Assembly (NCBI GenBank): GCA_965205265.1
Contig: CBDBGH010000003.1
Location: 4,480,001-4,544,000, forward strand
Length of the DNA stretch: 64,000 nucleotides
Direction: 5' to 3'
Source of the DNA: Alphaproteobacteria bacterium
Lineage (GTDB): Bacteria; Pseudomonadota; Alphaproteobacteria; Bin95
The position numbers and the translations under genes are program-made. Shown in pieces: positions 53,153 to 64,000 of this stretch (position 1 is the stretch's first letter; each line of letters begins with the position of its first letter). The notes beneath the pieces were generated by a model. It saw nothing but the letters and a program-made list of their open reading frames with translations, was not told the DNA's origin and made no database searches.

Positions 53153-53481
53153 GCCGCGCCCGCGCCATCGGGCGGCCTCCGCCCCGGATCGGACGCGAGC
53201 GCATGCTCGCCGTTCTGCGCGCGCCGGTCGTCACCGAGAAATCGACGCTGATCGGCGAGCACAACCAGATCACCTTCCGTGTGGCGATGGACGCCACCAA
53301 GCCGGAAATCCTCCAGGCGGTCGAGGGTTTGTTCTCGGTCAAGGTGAAGAAGGTCAACACCATGAGGGTCAAGGGCAAGACCAAGCGGTTCCGGGGCGTT
53401 CCGGGCAAGCGTCCGGACTGGAAAAAGGCGGTGGTGACGCTCGAAGAGGGTCACTCGGTCGATGTGACCACGGGGATCTGA
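53149..53481 (+). CDS. rplW: 50S ribosomal protein L23
   Basis: [15 protein letters not shown]. Confidence 0.97.
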   Translation: MSRARAIGRPPPRIGRERMLAVLRAPVVTEKSTLIGEHNQITFRVAMDATKPEILQAVEGLFSVKVKKVNTMRVKGKTKRFRGVPGKRPDWKKAVVTLEEGHSVDVTTGI

Positions 53482-53485
53482 GGCG

Positions 53486-54325
53486 ATGGCGCTCAAGCAT
53501 TACAAGCCGACTTCGCCGGGCCGCCGCGGGCTGGTGCTGGTGGACCGAAGCGGGTTGCACAAGGGCAAGCCGGTCAAGTCCCTGACCGAGGGGCTGACCG
53601 GCACGGGCGGGCGCAACAACCAGGGGCGCACAACCGTCTTCTGGCGCGGCGGCGGCCACAAGCGCAAATACCGCCGGATCGACTTCAGGCGGCGCAAATG
53701 GGAGCAGCCGGCGGTGGTGGAGCGGCTGGAATACGACCCCAATCGCACGGCCTTCATCGCGCTCATCCGGTATGAGGACGGCGAGCTGTCCTACATTCTG
53801 GCGCCGCAGCGCCTCCAGCCGGGCGACACGGTGGTCGCGGGCCGGGAGGTGGATGTGAAGCCCGGCAACGCCATGCCGCTGCGCCGGATTCCGATCGGCA
53901 CCATCGTTCACAATGTCGAGCTGAAGCCGGGCAAGGGCGGGCAGGTCGCGCGCGCCGCCGGGACCTATGTGCAGCTCGTCGGGCGCGATGCCGGCATGGC
54001 CCGGCTGCGTTTCAAGTCCGGCGAAACCCGCATGGTGCCGCATGAGTGCATGGCCTCCATCGGCGCGGTCTCGAATTCGGACCACGGCAACCAGACGCTC
54101 GCCAAAGCGGGGCGCAACCGCTGGCTCGGCCGGCGCCCGCATGTGCGCGGCGTGGTGATGAACCCCGTGGACCATCCTCATGGCGGCGGCGAGGGCAGGA
54201 CCTCGGGCGGGCGCCATCCCGTGACGCCCTGGGGCAAGCCGACCAAGGGCCGGCGGACGAGGAAGAAGAAGGCGTCCGACAAGATGATCCTGCGCAGCCG
54301 GCACCGCGCCAAGACGAGAGGCTAG
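53486..54325 (+). CDS. rplB: 50S ribosomal protein L2
   Basis: [19 protein letters not shown]. Confidence 0.99.
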   Translation: MALKHYKPTSPGRRGLVLVDRSGLHKGKPVKSLTEGLTGTGGRNNQGRTTVFWRGGGHKRKYRRIDFRRRKWEQPAVVERLEYDPNRTAFIALIRYEDGELSYILAPQRLQPGDTVVAGREVDVKPGNAMPLRRIPIGTIVHNVELKPGKGGQVARAAGTYVQLVGRDAGMARLRFKSGETRMVPHECMASIGAVSNSDHGNQTLAKAGRNRWLGRRPHVRGVVMNPVDHPHGGGEGRTSGGRHPVTPWGKPTKGRRTRKKKASDKMILRSRHRAKTRG

Positions 54326-54329
54326 ATCC

Positions 54330-54608
54330 ATGTCGCGTTCGGTTTGGAAAGGCCCCTTCGTGGACGGCTATCTGCTCAGGAAGGCCGAGGCGGTGCGCGG
54401 CTCGGGCCGCAAGGAGGTGATCCGCACCTGGTCGCGGCGGTCCACGATCCTGCCGCAATTCGTCGGGCTCACCTTCGGCGTCCATAACGGGCAGAAATTC
54501 CTGCCGGTCCTGGTGACCGAAGACATGGTCGGACACAAATTCGGCGAGTTCGCGCCGACCCGCACCTTCTACGGGCATGCGGCGGACAAGAAGGCGAGGC
54601 GGGGCTGA
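54330..54608 (+). CDS. rpsS: 30S ribosomal protein S19
   Basis: [19 protein letters not shown]. Confidence 0.99.
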   Translation: MSRSVWKGPFVDGYLLRKAEAVRGSGRKEVIRTWSRRSTILPQFVGLTFGVHNGQKFLPVLVTEDMVGHKFGEFAPTRTFYGHAADKKARRG

Positions 54609-54612
54609 GGCG

Positions 54613-55173
54613 ATGGGCAAACCGAAGGCAGAACCCCGCCTGGCCGAGAACGAGGCGCTGGCCTACGTGAAATATATCCGCACCAGCCCGCGCAAGCTCA
54701 ACCTGGTCGCGCAGAGCATTCGCGGCCTGAGCGTCGAAGCGGCGCTCGATACGCTCGCCTTCTCGAAGAAGCGCGTGGCGGAGGATGTCCGCAAGGCCGT
54801 GCAGTCGGCGGTCGCGAATGCGGAGAACAACCACGAGCTCGACATCGACCGGCTGGTGGTGGCCGAGGCGACGGTCGGACGGACAATCGTGATGAAGCGC
54901 ATGCGGCCCCGCGCCAGGGGCCGGGTCGGGCGGCTGGAGAAGCCGTTCAGCAATCTCCGCGTCGTGGTGCGGGAACTGCCCGACGAGGACGACCTTTTCG
55001 TCCTGGACGACGAGGATGAGGCGGCCGTCGCCGACGACGGGGATGAAGTTGCCGTCGCCGACGACGGGGATGAAGTTGCCGTCGCCGACGACGGGGATGA
55101 AGTTGCCGTCGCCGACGACGGGGATGAAGTTGCCGTCGCCGACGACGGGGATGCGGTCGAGGAGCGCGTGTGA
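54613..55173 (+). CDS. rplV: 50S ribosomal protein L22 with a long acidic repeat tail
   Basis: [24 protein letters not shown]; tail (AVADDGDEV)n. Confidence 0.97.
   Translation: MGKPKAEPRLAENEALAYVKYIRTSPRKLNLVAQSIRGLSVEAALDTLAFSKKRVAEDVRKAVQSAVANAENNHELDIDRLVVAEATVGRTIVMKRMRPRARGRVGRLEKPFSNLRVVVRELPDEDDLFVLDDEDEAAVADDGDEVAVADDGDEVAVADDGDEVAVADDGDEVAVADDGDAVEERV
55024..55153 (+). repeat. In-frame 27-bp tandem repeat (4 perfect copies plus 22 bp)
   Basis: Unit GCCGTCGCCGACGACGGGGATGAAGTT. Confidence 0.97.
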
Positions 55174-55856
55174 TGGGCCATAAAGTCAACCCGATCGGGC
55201 TCCGGCTCGGCATCAACCGGACCTGGAACTCGCGCTGGTATGCGGACCGCGACTATGGCGACCTGCTGCACGAGGATCTGCAGATCCGCGACTTCCTGGA
55301 GAAGCGGCTCCAGAATGCGGGCCTTTCCAAGATCGTCATCGAGCGCCCGGCGAAGAAGGCGCGCGTCACTATCCACACGGCCCGCCCGGGCGTGGTGATC
55401 GGCAAGAAGGGCGCCGATATCGAGCGGCTGCGCACGGCGCTCGGCAAGATGACCAACAGCGATGTCAACCTCAACATCGTCGAGATCCGCAAGCCCGAGA
55501 TCGACGCGCGGCTGGTGGCCGACAATATCGCCCAGCAGCTCGAGCGCCGCGTCGCGTTCCGCCGCGCGATGAAGCGGGCGGTGCAGTCGGCGATGCGGCT
55601 CGGCGCGCTCGGCATCCGCATCAATGTGGGCGGGCGCCTCGGCGGCGCGGAGATTGCGCGCACCGAATGGTACCGCGAGGGCCGGGTGCCGCTGCACACG
55701 CTCCGGGCCGATATCGACTATGGCGAGGCGACCGCGAACACGACCTACGGCTCCTGCGGGGTGAAGGTCTGGGTGTTCAAGGGCGAGATCATGGCGCACG
55801 ACCCGATGGCGCAGGACAAGCGGCTGGCCGAAGAGCGCGCCGCGATGGGCCGCTGA
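55173..55856 (+). CDS. rpsC: 30S ribosomal protein S3
   Basis: [26 protein letters not shown]. Confidence 0.99.
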   Translation: MGHKVNPIGLRLGINRTWNSRWYADRDYGDLLHEDLQIRDFLEKRLQNAGLSKIVIERPAKKARVTIHTARPGVVIGKKGADIERLRTALGKMTNSDVNLNIVEIRKPEIDARLVADNIAQQLERRVAFRRAMKRAVQSAMRLGALGIRINVGGRLGGAEIARTEWYREGRVPLHTLRADIDYGEATANTTYGSCGVKVWVFKGEIMAHDPMAQDKRLAEERAAMGR

Positions 55857-55868
55857 GGAGGCGGGGCT

Positions 55869-56282
55869 ATGCTGCAACCGAGGCGCACGAAATACCGCAA
55901 GCGGCAGAAGGGGCGCATCCACGGCATGGCGAAGGGCGGCACGGCGCTGACTTTCGGCAGCTACGGCCTCAAGGCCGCTGCGCCGGCCAGGATTACCGCC
56001 CGGCAGATCGAGGCGGCCCGGCGCACGATCACCCGCCGGATGCGCCGCGCGGGCAAGGTGTGGATCCGCATCTTCCCGGATGTGCCGGTCTCGACCAAGC
56101 CGGCCGAGGTGCGCATGGGCAAGGGCAAGGGCTCGCCGGAATACTGGGTGGCGAAGGTCAAGCCCGGACGGATCATGTTCGAGCTCGACGGCGTGCCCGA
56201 GACCGTGGCCCGCGACGCCTTCGCGCTCGCTTCCGCGAAACTGCCGATTGCGACCCGTGTGGTCGTCCGCGACGGGATCTGA
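55869..56282 (+). CDS. rplP: 50S ribosomal protein L16
   Basis: RMGKGKG. Confidence 0.99.
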   Translation: MLQPRRTKYRKRQKGRIHGMAKGGTALTFGSYGLKAAAPARITARQIEAARRTITRRMRRAGKVWIRIFPDVPVSTKPAEVRMGKGKGSPEYWVAKVKPGRIMFELDGVPETVARDAFALASAKLPIATRVVVRDGI

Positions 56283-56286
56283 GGCC

Positions 56287-56490
56287 ATGAAGGCGATCGA
56301 TGTGCGCGCACGCACCGCCGACGAGCTGTCGGAGCTTCTGGAGGACCTCCAGAAGGCAGCCTTCAACCTGCGCTTCCAGAGAGCGTCGGGCCAGCTCGAA
56401 AACACTGCCGAGATACGCAAGGTGCGCCGGGACATCGCCAGGATCAAGACGATCCTCGGCGAGAAGAGCCGCGCGGCGGCCGGGGCCTGA
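56287..56490 (+). CDS. rpmC: 50S ribosomal protein L29
   Basis: [15 protein letters not shown]. Confidence 0.97.
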   Translation: MKAIDVRARTADELSELLEDLQKAAFNLRFQRASGQLENTAEIRKVRRDIARIKTILGEKSRAAAGA

Positions 56491-56503
56491 GGACGACACC
56501 GCC

Positions 56504-56770
56504 ATGCCGAAACGAATCCTTCAGGGCGTCGTGGTCAGCGACAAGATGGACAAGACGATCATTGTCCGCGTCGACCGCCGCGTGCGCCATCCGCTCTACA
56601 AGAAGTTCATCACGCGCTCGAAGAAATTCGCCGCGCATGACGAGGAGAACCTGTATCGCGAGGGCGATACCGTGAGGATCGAGGAGCACCGCCCGATCTC
56701 GAGGCGCAAGCGCTGGATGGCGCTCGCCCGCGTGGGCGAAGAGCGGGCGTCCGGGGAGGCCGCGGCATGA
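56504..56770 (+). CDS. rpsQ: 30S ribosomal protein S17
   Basis: [17 protein letters not shown]. Confidence 0.98.
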   Translation: MPKRILQGVVVSDKMDKTIIVRVDRRVRHPLYKKFITRSKKFAAHDEENLYREGDTVRIEEHRPISRRKRWMALARVGEERASGEAAA

Positions 56771-57135
56771 TCCAGGTCGAGACCAATCTGGATGTCGCCG
56801 ACAACTCCGGGGCCCGCCGGGTGCAGTGTATCCGGGTGCTCGGGGGCACCGGCCGCCGGACGGCGTCTGTGGGCGACATCATCGTCGTGTCCGTGAAGGA
56901 GGCGATCCCGCGCGGCCGTGTGCGCAAGGGCGAAATCCGCCGCGCCGTGGTGGTGCGCACCAAGAAGGAAGTGACGCGGCCCGACGGCACGGCGATCCGG
57001 TTCGACCGCAATGCGGCGGTGATCCTGAGCCCGCAGAACGAGCCGGTCGGCACGCGGATTTTCGGCCCGGTGACGCGCGAGCTGCGCGCCAAGCGGTTCA
57101 TGAAGATCATCTCGCTGGCCCCGGAGGTGCTGTGA
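56767..57135 (+). CDS. rplN: 50S ribosomal protein L14
   Basis: VADNSGA, SLAPEVL. Confidence 0.99.
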   Translation: MIQVETNLDVADNSGARRVQCIRVLGGTGRRTASVGDIIVVSVKEAIPRGRVRKGEIRRAVVVRTKKEVTRPDGTAIRFDRNAAVILSPQNEPVGTRIFGPVTRELRAKRFMKIISLAPEVL

Positions 57136-57452
57136 TGGCGGCGCGTATTCGCAAGGGCGACCGGGTGGCGGTGCTGACCGGCCGCGACCGGGGCAAGCGC
57201 GGGGAAGTGCTGCGCGTGCTGCCGGACAAGGAGCGCGCGGTGGTCCAGGGCGTCAACATGGTCACCAAGCACCGCCGCGACAGCGCGCAGGGTTCGGGTG
57301 GCGTCGAGGAGATCGAGGCGACGGTCCATCTCTCCAATCTCGCCCATATCGACCCCGAAACCGACAAGCCGACCCGCGTGGGGTTCCGCTTCCTCGAAGA
57401 CGGCCGCAAGGCCCGTTTCGCGCGGGGCTCCGGCTCGGTGATAGACCGCTAG
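57135..57452 (+). CDS. rplX: 50S ribosomal protein L24
   Basis: IRKGDRV..GRDRGK KOW motif. Confidence 0.97.
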   Translation: MAARIRKGDRVAVLTGRDRGKRGEVLRVLPDKERAVVQGVNMVTKHRRDSAQGSGGVEEIEATVHLSNLAHIDPETDKPTRVGFRFLEDGRKARFARGSGSVIDR

Positions 57453-57465
57453 GAGGCCCTGCATC

Positions 57466-58005
57466 ATGCCCCGTCTCCATGACATCTACCGCGAAACAGT
57501 GCGCCCGGCGCTGATCGAGCAGTTCGGCTACGCGAACCCGATGCAGGTGCCGGCGCTCGACAAGATCGTGCTGAACATGGGCGTCGGCGAAGCCGTGGGC
57601 GACAGCAAGAAGATCGAGGCCGCGGTTGCGGACCTCACGGCCATTTCCGGCCAGAAGCCGGTGGTGACGAAGGCCCGGAAATCGATCGCCAGCTTCAAGC
57701 TGCGCGAAGGGATGACGATCGGCTGCAAGGTCACGCTGCGCCGGACGCGGATGTGGGAGTTCTTCGACCGCCTGACGACCATCGCGCTGCCGCGCGTGCG
57801 CGATTTCCGCGGCGTGTCGCCGAGAGGCTTCGACGGGCGCGGCAACTATTCGCTCGGAATCCGGGAGCAGATCATCTTTCCCGAGATTTCCTACGACAGG
57901 GTCGATGCAATTCGCGGGATGAACATCGTCATCTGCACCACGGCTCGCACGAACGAGGAAGCGCGGGCCCTGCTCGGCGGCCTCAACATGCCGTTCGAGC
58001 GCTAG
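57466..58005 (+). CDS. rplE: 50S ribosomal protein L5
   Basis: [18 protein letters not shown]. Confidence 0.99.
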   Translation: MPRLHDIYRETVRPALIEQFGYANPMQVPALDKIVLNMGVGEAVGDSKKIEAAVADLTAISGQKPVVTKARKSIASFKLREGMTIGCKVTLRRTRMWEFFDRLTTIALPRVRDFRGVSPRGFDGRGNYSLGIREQIIFPEISYDRVDAIRGMNIVICTTARTNEEARALLGGLNMPFER

Positions 58006-58029
58006 GCGCAAGGGAGGACAGGAACGCCC

Positions 58030-58335
58030 ATGGCCAAGGTCAGCATGGTGGAGCGGGAAAAGAGACGCCGCCGGATCGTGGCGCAGTATGCGAAGAGGCG
58101 CGCGGCCTTGCGCGCCGCAGTACGGGACAACTCGCTTGCGCCGGACGAGCGCTTCGCCGCGTCGCTGAAGCTTGCGACCCTGCCGCGCAACGGCGCCAAG
58201 GTGCGGTTGCGCAACCGTTGCGAGGTGTCCGGGCGGCCGCGGGGTTATTACCGCAAGTTCCGCCTGTCGCGGATTGCGCTTCGCGAATTGGCGTCGCGGG
58301 GGCAGGTGCCCGGCGTCGTCAAGGCGAGCTGGTAG
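58030..58335 (+). CDS. rpsN: 30S ribosomal protein S14 (long, non-Zn form)
   Basis: [20 protein letters not shown]. Confidence 0.98.
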   Translation: MAKVSMVEREKRRRRIVAQYAKRRAALRAAVRDNSLAPDERFAASLKLATLPRNGAKVRLRNRCEVSGRPRGYYRKFRLSRIALRELASRGQVPGVVKASW

Positions 58336-58354
58336 GAAAGGAGGTGCCCATCCA

Positions 58355-58750
58355 ATGACGATGAGCGATCCTCTCGGCGATATGCTCACCCGTATCCGCA
58401 ACGGCCAGCGGGCCGGCAAGCCGCATGTCGTGTCGCCGAAATCGAAGCTGCGCATGAACGTGCTGCAGGTGCTGGCGCGCGAGGGCTATATCCGCAGCTA
58501 TCAGGAAAGCCATGAGGGGCCGGCCGGAGAGCTGCGCATCGAGCTGAAATATTACGAGGGCCAGCCGGTAATCCGTTCGATCCAGCGGGTTTCGAAGCCG
58601 GGCCGGCGGGTCTATTCCCGGATCAAGGACCTCAAGCCCTACAATAACGGGCTCGGCATCCAGATCCTGTCGACGCCGCGCGGCGTGATGTCGGACCACG
58701 AGGCGCGGTCCTTCAATGTCGGCGGCGAAGTGCTCTGCCAGGTGTTCTGA
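58355..58750 (+). CDS. rpsH: 30S ribosomal protein S8
   Basis: [22 protein letters not shown]. Confidence 0.99.
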   Translation: MTMSDPLGDMLTRIRNGQRAGKPHVVSPKSKLRMNVLQVLAREGYIRSYQESHEGPAGELRIELKYYEGQPVIRSIQRVSKPGRRVYSRIKDLKPYNNGLGIQILSTPRGVMSDHEARSFNVGGEVLCQVF

Positions 58751-59286
58751 TGTCGCGCGTTGGCAAGAATCCCGTTGCAATCCCGGACGGGGCCGAGGTC
58801 CGCTACGAAAGCGCCGTGCTGAGCGCGAAGGGCAGACTCGGCGAACTCAGCTTCCCGGTTTCCGAGGAGTTCGTCGAAATCGAACTCGCGGACGGCCTGA
58901 TTACGGTGCGGCCGCGCGACGAGTCCAAGCGGGCCCGCGCCATGTGGGGCACGACCCGGTCGCTCGCGCAGAACATCGTGACCGGCGTGAGCCGGGGCTT
59001 CACCCGCAACCTGGAGATCTCCGGGGTCGGCTACCGCGCCGAGGTGAGGGGCCGGGTGCTGGTGCTCTCGCTCGGCTACAGCCATCCGGTCGAATATCCG
59101 ATCCCGGAGGGCATCGAGATCGTCTGCGAGCGCCCGACGACGATTGCCGTCAGCGGCGCCGACCGGCAGCGCGTCGGCCAGGTCGCGGCCGAGATCCGCG
59201 CCTGGCGCAAGCCCGAGCCTTACAAGGGCAAGGGTGTGAGGTATGAGGGCGAATACATCTTCCGCAAGGAAGGCAAGAAGAAGTAG
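58750..59286 (+). CDS. rplF: 50S ribosomal protein L6
   Basis: [14 protein letters not shown]. Confidence 0.99.
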   Translation: MSRVGKNPVAIPDGAEVRYESAVLSAKGRLGELSFPVSEEFVEIELADGLITVRPRDESKRARAMWGTTRSLAQNIVTGVSRGFTRNLEISGVGYRAEVRGRVLVLSLGYSHPVEYPIPEGIEIVCERPTTIAVSGADRQRVGQVAAEIRAWRKPEPYKGKGVRYEGEYIFRKEGKKK

Positions 59287-59295
59287 AGGCGGGCG

Positions 59296-59649
59296 ATGCT
59301 GACGACACAGGAACTCTTCGAGCGGCGCAGGCGGCGCGTGCGCTACGGCCTGAGAAAGGCCGGCGGCGGGTGCCCGCGCCTGTCGGTGTTCCGTTCCAAC
59401 CGCTATATCTATGCGCAGATCGTGGACGACCGGCAGGGCAGGACGCTGGTTGCCGCCTCGTCGCTGGAAAAGGACCTGCGCGAGGGCGCGGGCAACAAGC
59501 AGGCGGCGCAGGCGGTGGGCGCAAGGCTGGCCGAGCGCGCGGTTGCGGCGGGCGTGACGGACGTGGTCTTCGACCGCGGCGGCTACAAGTATCACGGACG
59601 GGTCAAGGCGCTTGCCGACGCGGCCCGCGAGGGCGGCCTCTCGTTCTGA
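59296..59649 (+). CDS. rplR: 50S ribosomal protein L18
   Basis: [20 protein letters not shown]. Confidence 0.98.
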   Translation: MLTTQELFERRRRRVRYGLRKAGGGCPRLSVFRSNRYIYAQIVDDRQGRTLVAASSLEKDLREGAGNKQAAQAVGARLAERAVAAGVTDVVFDRGGYKYHGRVKALADAAREGGLSF

Positions 59650-59690
59650 CGGGAGGCCTGGGCAGGAGCTGGGAAGGAAGGCGGGGCAGC

Positions 59691-60278
59691 ATGGCACGGG
59701 GACCGAGATCGGACCGCGGGCGGGACCGCGAAGAGAGCGAGTTCATCGAGAAGCTCGTCTCGATCAACCGCGTCGCCAAGGTGGTGAAGGGAGGCCGGCG
59801 GTTCGGCTTCTCGGCGCTCGTCGTGGCGGGCGACGGCCAGGGACGGGCGGGCGTCGGCGCCGGCAAGGCGCGCGAGGTGCCGGAAGCCATCCGAAAGGCG
59901 ACCGAACGCGCCAAGCGCACGATGCGCCGGGTGCCGCTGAAGGACGGGCGCACCCTCCACCACGATGTGGATGGGCGTTTCGGCGCGGGCCGGGTGGTCC
60001 TTCGCGCGGCGCCGCAGGGCACCGGCGTCATTGCCGGCGGGCCGATGCGTGCGGTTTTCGAGGCGCTCGGCATTCAGGATGTGGTCGCCAAGTCGCTGGG
60101 CTCCTCCAACCCGCACAATATGGTCAAGGCCACCTTCGAGGCGCTTTCCCGCACGGCGAGCCCACGCATGGTCGCACAGAGGCGGGGCAAGCGGCCGTCC
60201 GACCTGTTCGGACCGCGCATGCCGGCCGGCGGGTCCGCGGAGACCGACGCGCCGGCCGAGGTTGCAGCCGATGAATGA
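59691..60278 (+). CDS. rpsE: 30S ribosomal protein S5
   Basis: [20 protein letters not shown]. Confidence 0.98.
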   Translation: MARGPRSDRGRDREESEFIEKLVSINRVAKVVKGGRRFGFSALVVAGDGQGRAGVGAGKAREVPEAIRKATERAKRTMRRVPLKDGRTLHHDVDGRFGAGRVVLRAAPQGTGVIAGGPMRAVFEALGIQDVVAKSLGSSNPHNMVKATFEALSRTASPRMVAQRRGKRPSDLFGPRMPAGGSAETDAPAEVAADE

Positions 60279-60468
60279 CGGGGCTGCAAAGCGCGTGAAG
60301 GTCACGCAGACCGGCTCGCCGATCCGGCGGCCCAAGGTGCAGCGCGAGACGCTGATCGGCCTCGGGCTGAACAAGATGAACCGGTCGCGCATCCTGGAGG
60401 ACACCCCGGCCGTGAGGGGCATGATCGCCAAGGTGCGGCACATGGTGCGCGTGGAAGAGGTTGAATAA
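60271..60468 (+). CDS. rpmD: 50S ribosomal protein L30
   Basis: SPIRR, LGLNKM, GMIAKV. Confidence 0.96.
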   Translation: MNDGAAKRVKVTQTGSPIRRPKVQRETLIGLGLNKMNRSRILEDTPAVRGMIAKVRHMVRVEEVE

Positions 60469-60514
60469 GGGCTGTCCGCCTCCGATTTCAGGAGCGAGCG
60501 AGGACGAAGACGCG

Positions 60515-60994
60515 ATGAAGCTGAACGAACTCTCGGACAATCCGGGCGCGCGCAGGACGGCCAAGCGGGTCGGGCGCGGCATCGGCTCCGGCAAGGGCAA
60601 GACCTCCGGGCGCGGCGTAAAGGGCCAGAAGTCCCGCAGCGGCGTGGCCCTCGACGGGTTCGAGGGCGGGCAGATGCCGCTCTACCGCCGGTTGCCGAAA
60701 CGGGGTTTCAACAACCACCGGTTTCGCGCCCGCTACCAGGCGGTCAATCTCGGCCGCCTCCAGCTTGCGGTGGACGCCGGCAAGCTCGATCCGGCAGAGC
60801 CGGTCGATGCGGCCGCGCTCGTCGCTTCGGGCGTCGTGCGCCGGGCGCGGGACGGCGTCAGGCTGCTTGCGGGCGGTGGGCTCAAGGCGGGGCTCGACAT
60901 CCGGGTGGCCGGGGCCTCGAAGGCGGCGGTGGCGGCGGTCGAGGCCGCGGGCGGCAGTGTGACCCTGCTGAACGCGGCACCGGCGGAAGGGTAG
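60515..60994 (+). CDS. rplO: 50S ribosomal protein L15
   Basis: [19 protein letters not shown]. Confidence 0.98.
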   Translation: MKLNELSDNPGARRTAKRVGRGIGSGKGKTSGRGVKGQKSRSGVALDGFEGGQMPLYRRLPKRGFNNHRFRARYQAVNLGRLQLAVDAGKLDPAEPVDAAALVASGVVRRARDGVRLLAGGGLKAGLDIRVAGASKAAVAAVEAAGGSVTLLNAAPAEG

Positions 60995-61003
60995 CCGGCT
61001 GCC

Positions 61004-62358
<1,355 letters not shown>

Positions 62359-62362
<4 letters not shown>

Positions 62363-63033
62363 TCCTGATCCTGCTGGGCCCGCCCGGTGCGGGCAAGGGA
62401 ACGCAGGCCAGGCGACTGACGGAAGAACGGGGGCTGCCGCAGCTCTCCACCGGTGAGATGCTGCGGGCGGAAATTGCCGGCGGCGGGGATCTCGGCAGGC
62501 AGGCCGCGGCGGTGGTGGAAGCGGGCCGACTGATGCCGGACGAGATCATGACCGGGATCATCTCCAAGCGGATCGATGCGAAGGACTGCGCCGGCGGGTT
62601 CATCCTCGACGGCTTCCCGCGCACGACCGCGCAGGCCGAGGCGCTCGACGCCCTTCTCGCCAGCAAGGAAATCGCGCTCGACGCCGTTCTGCTGCTGGAG
62701 GTGGACGAGGAGGCGCTGGTCGAACGCATTTCCGGCCGGTCCACCTGCAGGAAATGCGGCGAGGGATATCACGACAGTTTCAAGCCGCCGGCGGTCGCGG
62801 GGCGTTGCGACAAATGCGGAGCCTCGGACTTCGAGCGCCGGCCCGACGATAGCGCCGAGACGGTGCGGGAGCGGCTCAGGGTCTATCGCGGCCGGACCGA
62901 ACCCGTCCTGCCCTATTACGAATCGAAGGGCCTGCTGCGCCGGGTTGACGGCATGGCGGAAATCGGCGAGGTTGCCCGCCAGATCGATGTCGCGCTTGGC
63001 GGGGAAGCCGGCGGCCGGCCTTTGGACGGTTGA
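62359..63033 (+). CDS. adk: Adenylate kinase (Cys4 Zn-lid type)
   Basis: [19 protein letters not shown]...CDKC. Confidence 0.98.
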
Positions 63034-63058
63034 CGGTTTTCGCGGTAGGGCGTATGTT
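63030..63058 (+). promoter_or_regulatory. Putative alpha operon promoter
   Basis: TTGACG-17 bp-TATGTT, about 40 bp before rpsM. Confidence 0.65.
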
Positions 63059-63097
63059 GCGCTGTTTCAGCGATCCAGCCTAAAGGGAGTCCCAGGA

Positions 63098-63466
63098 GTG
63101 GCGCGAATTGCCGGCGTCAACATTCCGACGCAGAAGCGCGTCGAGATTTCGCTGACTTATATCCACGGCATCGGGCGGGCCAAATCGCGGGAGATCTGCG
63201 AGAAGGCGGAGGTGCCGCTGGAGTACAGGGTCAACCAGTTGACCGAGGACCAGGTCATCCGCATCCGCGAGACGATCGACCGCGACTACATGGTCGAGGG
63301 CGATTTGCGGCGCGAGGTTGCGATCAACATCAAGCGGCTGATGGACCTCGGCTGCTATCGCGGCCAGCGCCACCGCAAGGGACTCCCCGTGCGCGGCCAG
63401 CGCACCCACACCAATGCGCGCACCCGCAAGGGCAAGGCGCGGCCGATCGCCGGCAAGAAGAAGTAA
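63098..63466 (+). CDS. rpsM: 30S ribosomal protein S13
   Basis: GTG start, [23 protein letters not shown]. Confidence 0.98.
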   Translation: MARIAGVNIPTQKRVEISLTYIHGIGRAKSREICEKAEVPLEYRVNQLTEDQVIRIRETIDRDYMVEGDLRREVAINIKRLMDLGCYRGQRHRKGLPVRGQRTHTNARTRKGKARPIAGKKK

Positions 63467-63488
63467 GCCAGGAAGGAGCCGGTAGAGG

Positions 63489-63881
63489 ATGGCGAGGCCA
63501 GCTGCCGCCCGCGTGCGCAGGCGCGAGCGGAAGAACATTTCCTCCGGCGTCGCGCATGTGAATGCGACGTTCAACAACACGATGATTACCATCACCGATG
63601 TCCAGGGCAATGCGATCGCCTGGTCGTCGGCGGGCGGGCAGGGCTTCAAGGGTTCCCGCAAGTCCACCCCGTTCGCAGCCCAGATCGCCGCCGAGGACTG
63701 CGCCCGCAAGGCGCAGGAACACGGCGTAAAGACACTGGATGTCAATGTGCGCGGACCGGGCTCGGGGCGCGAATCCGCGTTGCGCGCACTTCAGGCGGCC
63801 GGCTTCACGATCACGTCGATTCGCGATGTGACGCCGATACCGCATAACGGCTGCCGTCCGCCGAAGCGTCGGCGCGTTTGA
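63489..63881 (+). CDS. rpsK: 30S ribosomal protein S11
   Basis: [22 protein letters not shown]. Confidence 0.99.
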   Translation: MARPAAARVRRRERKNISSGVAHVNATFNNTMITITDVQGNAIAWSSAGGQGFKGSRKSTPFAAQIAAEDCARKAQEHGVKTLDVNVRGPGSGRESALRALQAAGFTITSIRDVTPIPHNGCRPPKRRRV

Positions 63882-63939
63882 CCGCAGCACCCGATCGAAA
63901 CCAGCGGGCCGGCTCTCCCGGCAGGGGTTGAACGAAACG

Positions 63940-64000
63940 ATGTCCACATCGTTCACGCACAAGAATTGGCAGGACCTCATCAAGCCCGGCAAGCTCGACC
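63940..64000 (+). CDS. rpoA: RNA polymerase alpha subunit, 5' fragment
   Basis: MSTSFTHKNWQDLIKPGKLD matches the alphaproteobacterial RpoA start; directly follows rpsK. Confidence 0.85.
   Translation, partial: MSTSFTHKNWQDLIKPGKLD

Noticed and set aside
55024-55153. Possible CRISPR array
   Set aside because: In-frame coding tandem repeat without spacers.

Overview
GC-rich alphaproteobacterial chromosome segment (Rhodospirillales-like, judged from gene order and protein sequences). The left half (1-33.5 kb) is mostly accessory metabolism: a HisD/HpsN-like dehydrogenase coupled to an amidohydrolase, two complete Ugp-type ABC operons around a glycerophosphodiesterase and glpD, an MFS transporter, a truncated MpaB/Lcp-like oxygenase, a secreted SH3-MORN protein, an amidase, a 2OG-Fe(II) oxygenase, a BVMO, tRNA-Arg, two class III CoA-transferases, a MetE-like protein, an oxidoreductase-SelD fusion, a 1-Cys peroxiredoxin and rlmB. 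The right half is the core translation/transcription supercluster (tRNA-Tyr/Gly, tuf, tRNA-Trp, secE-nusG-rplKAJL-rpoBC, str, S10, spc, secY-adk, rpsMK, start of rpoA). The most notable signals are not visible in the ORF track: (i) an orphan higA cassette between ~50-bp direct repeats that duplicate a host divergent promoter/start region and carry an IS1031-like MITE with a TCA duplication; (ii) a stand-alone terminase-small-subunit-like gene with an AT-rich promoter, a terminal 10-bp-period repeat and REP-like hairpins; (iii) a Phd antitoxin/tyrosine integrase chimeric remnant; (iv) 27-bp tandem expansions after tuf1 and inside rplV, the latter giving L22 a strongly acidic tail; (v) anomalous G/T-rich codon usage confined to both tuf copies. 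All family calls are by motif recognition, with no database search.
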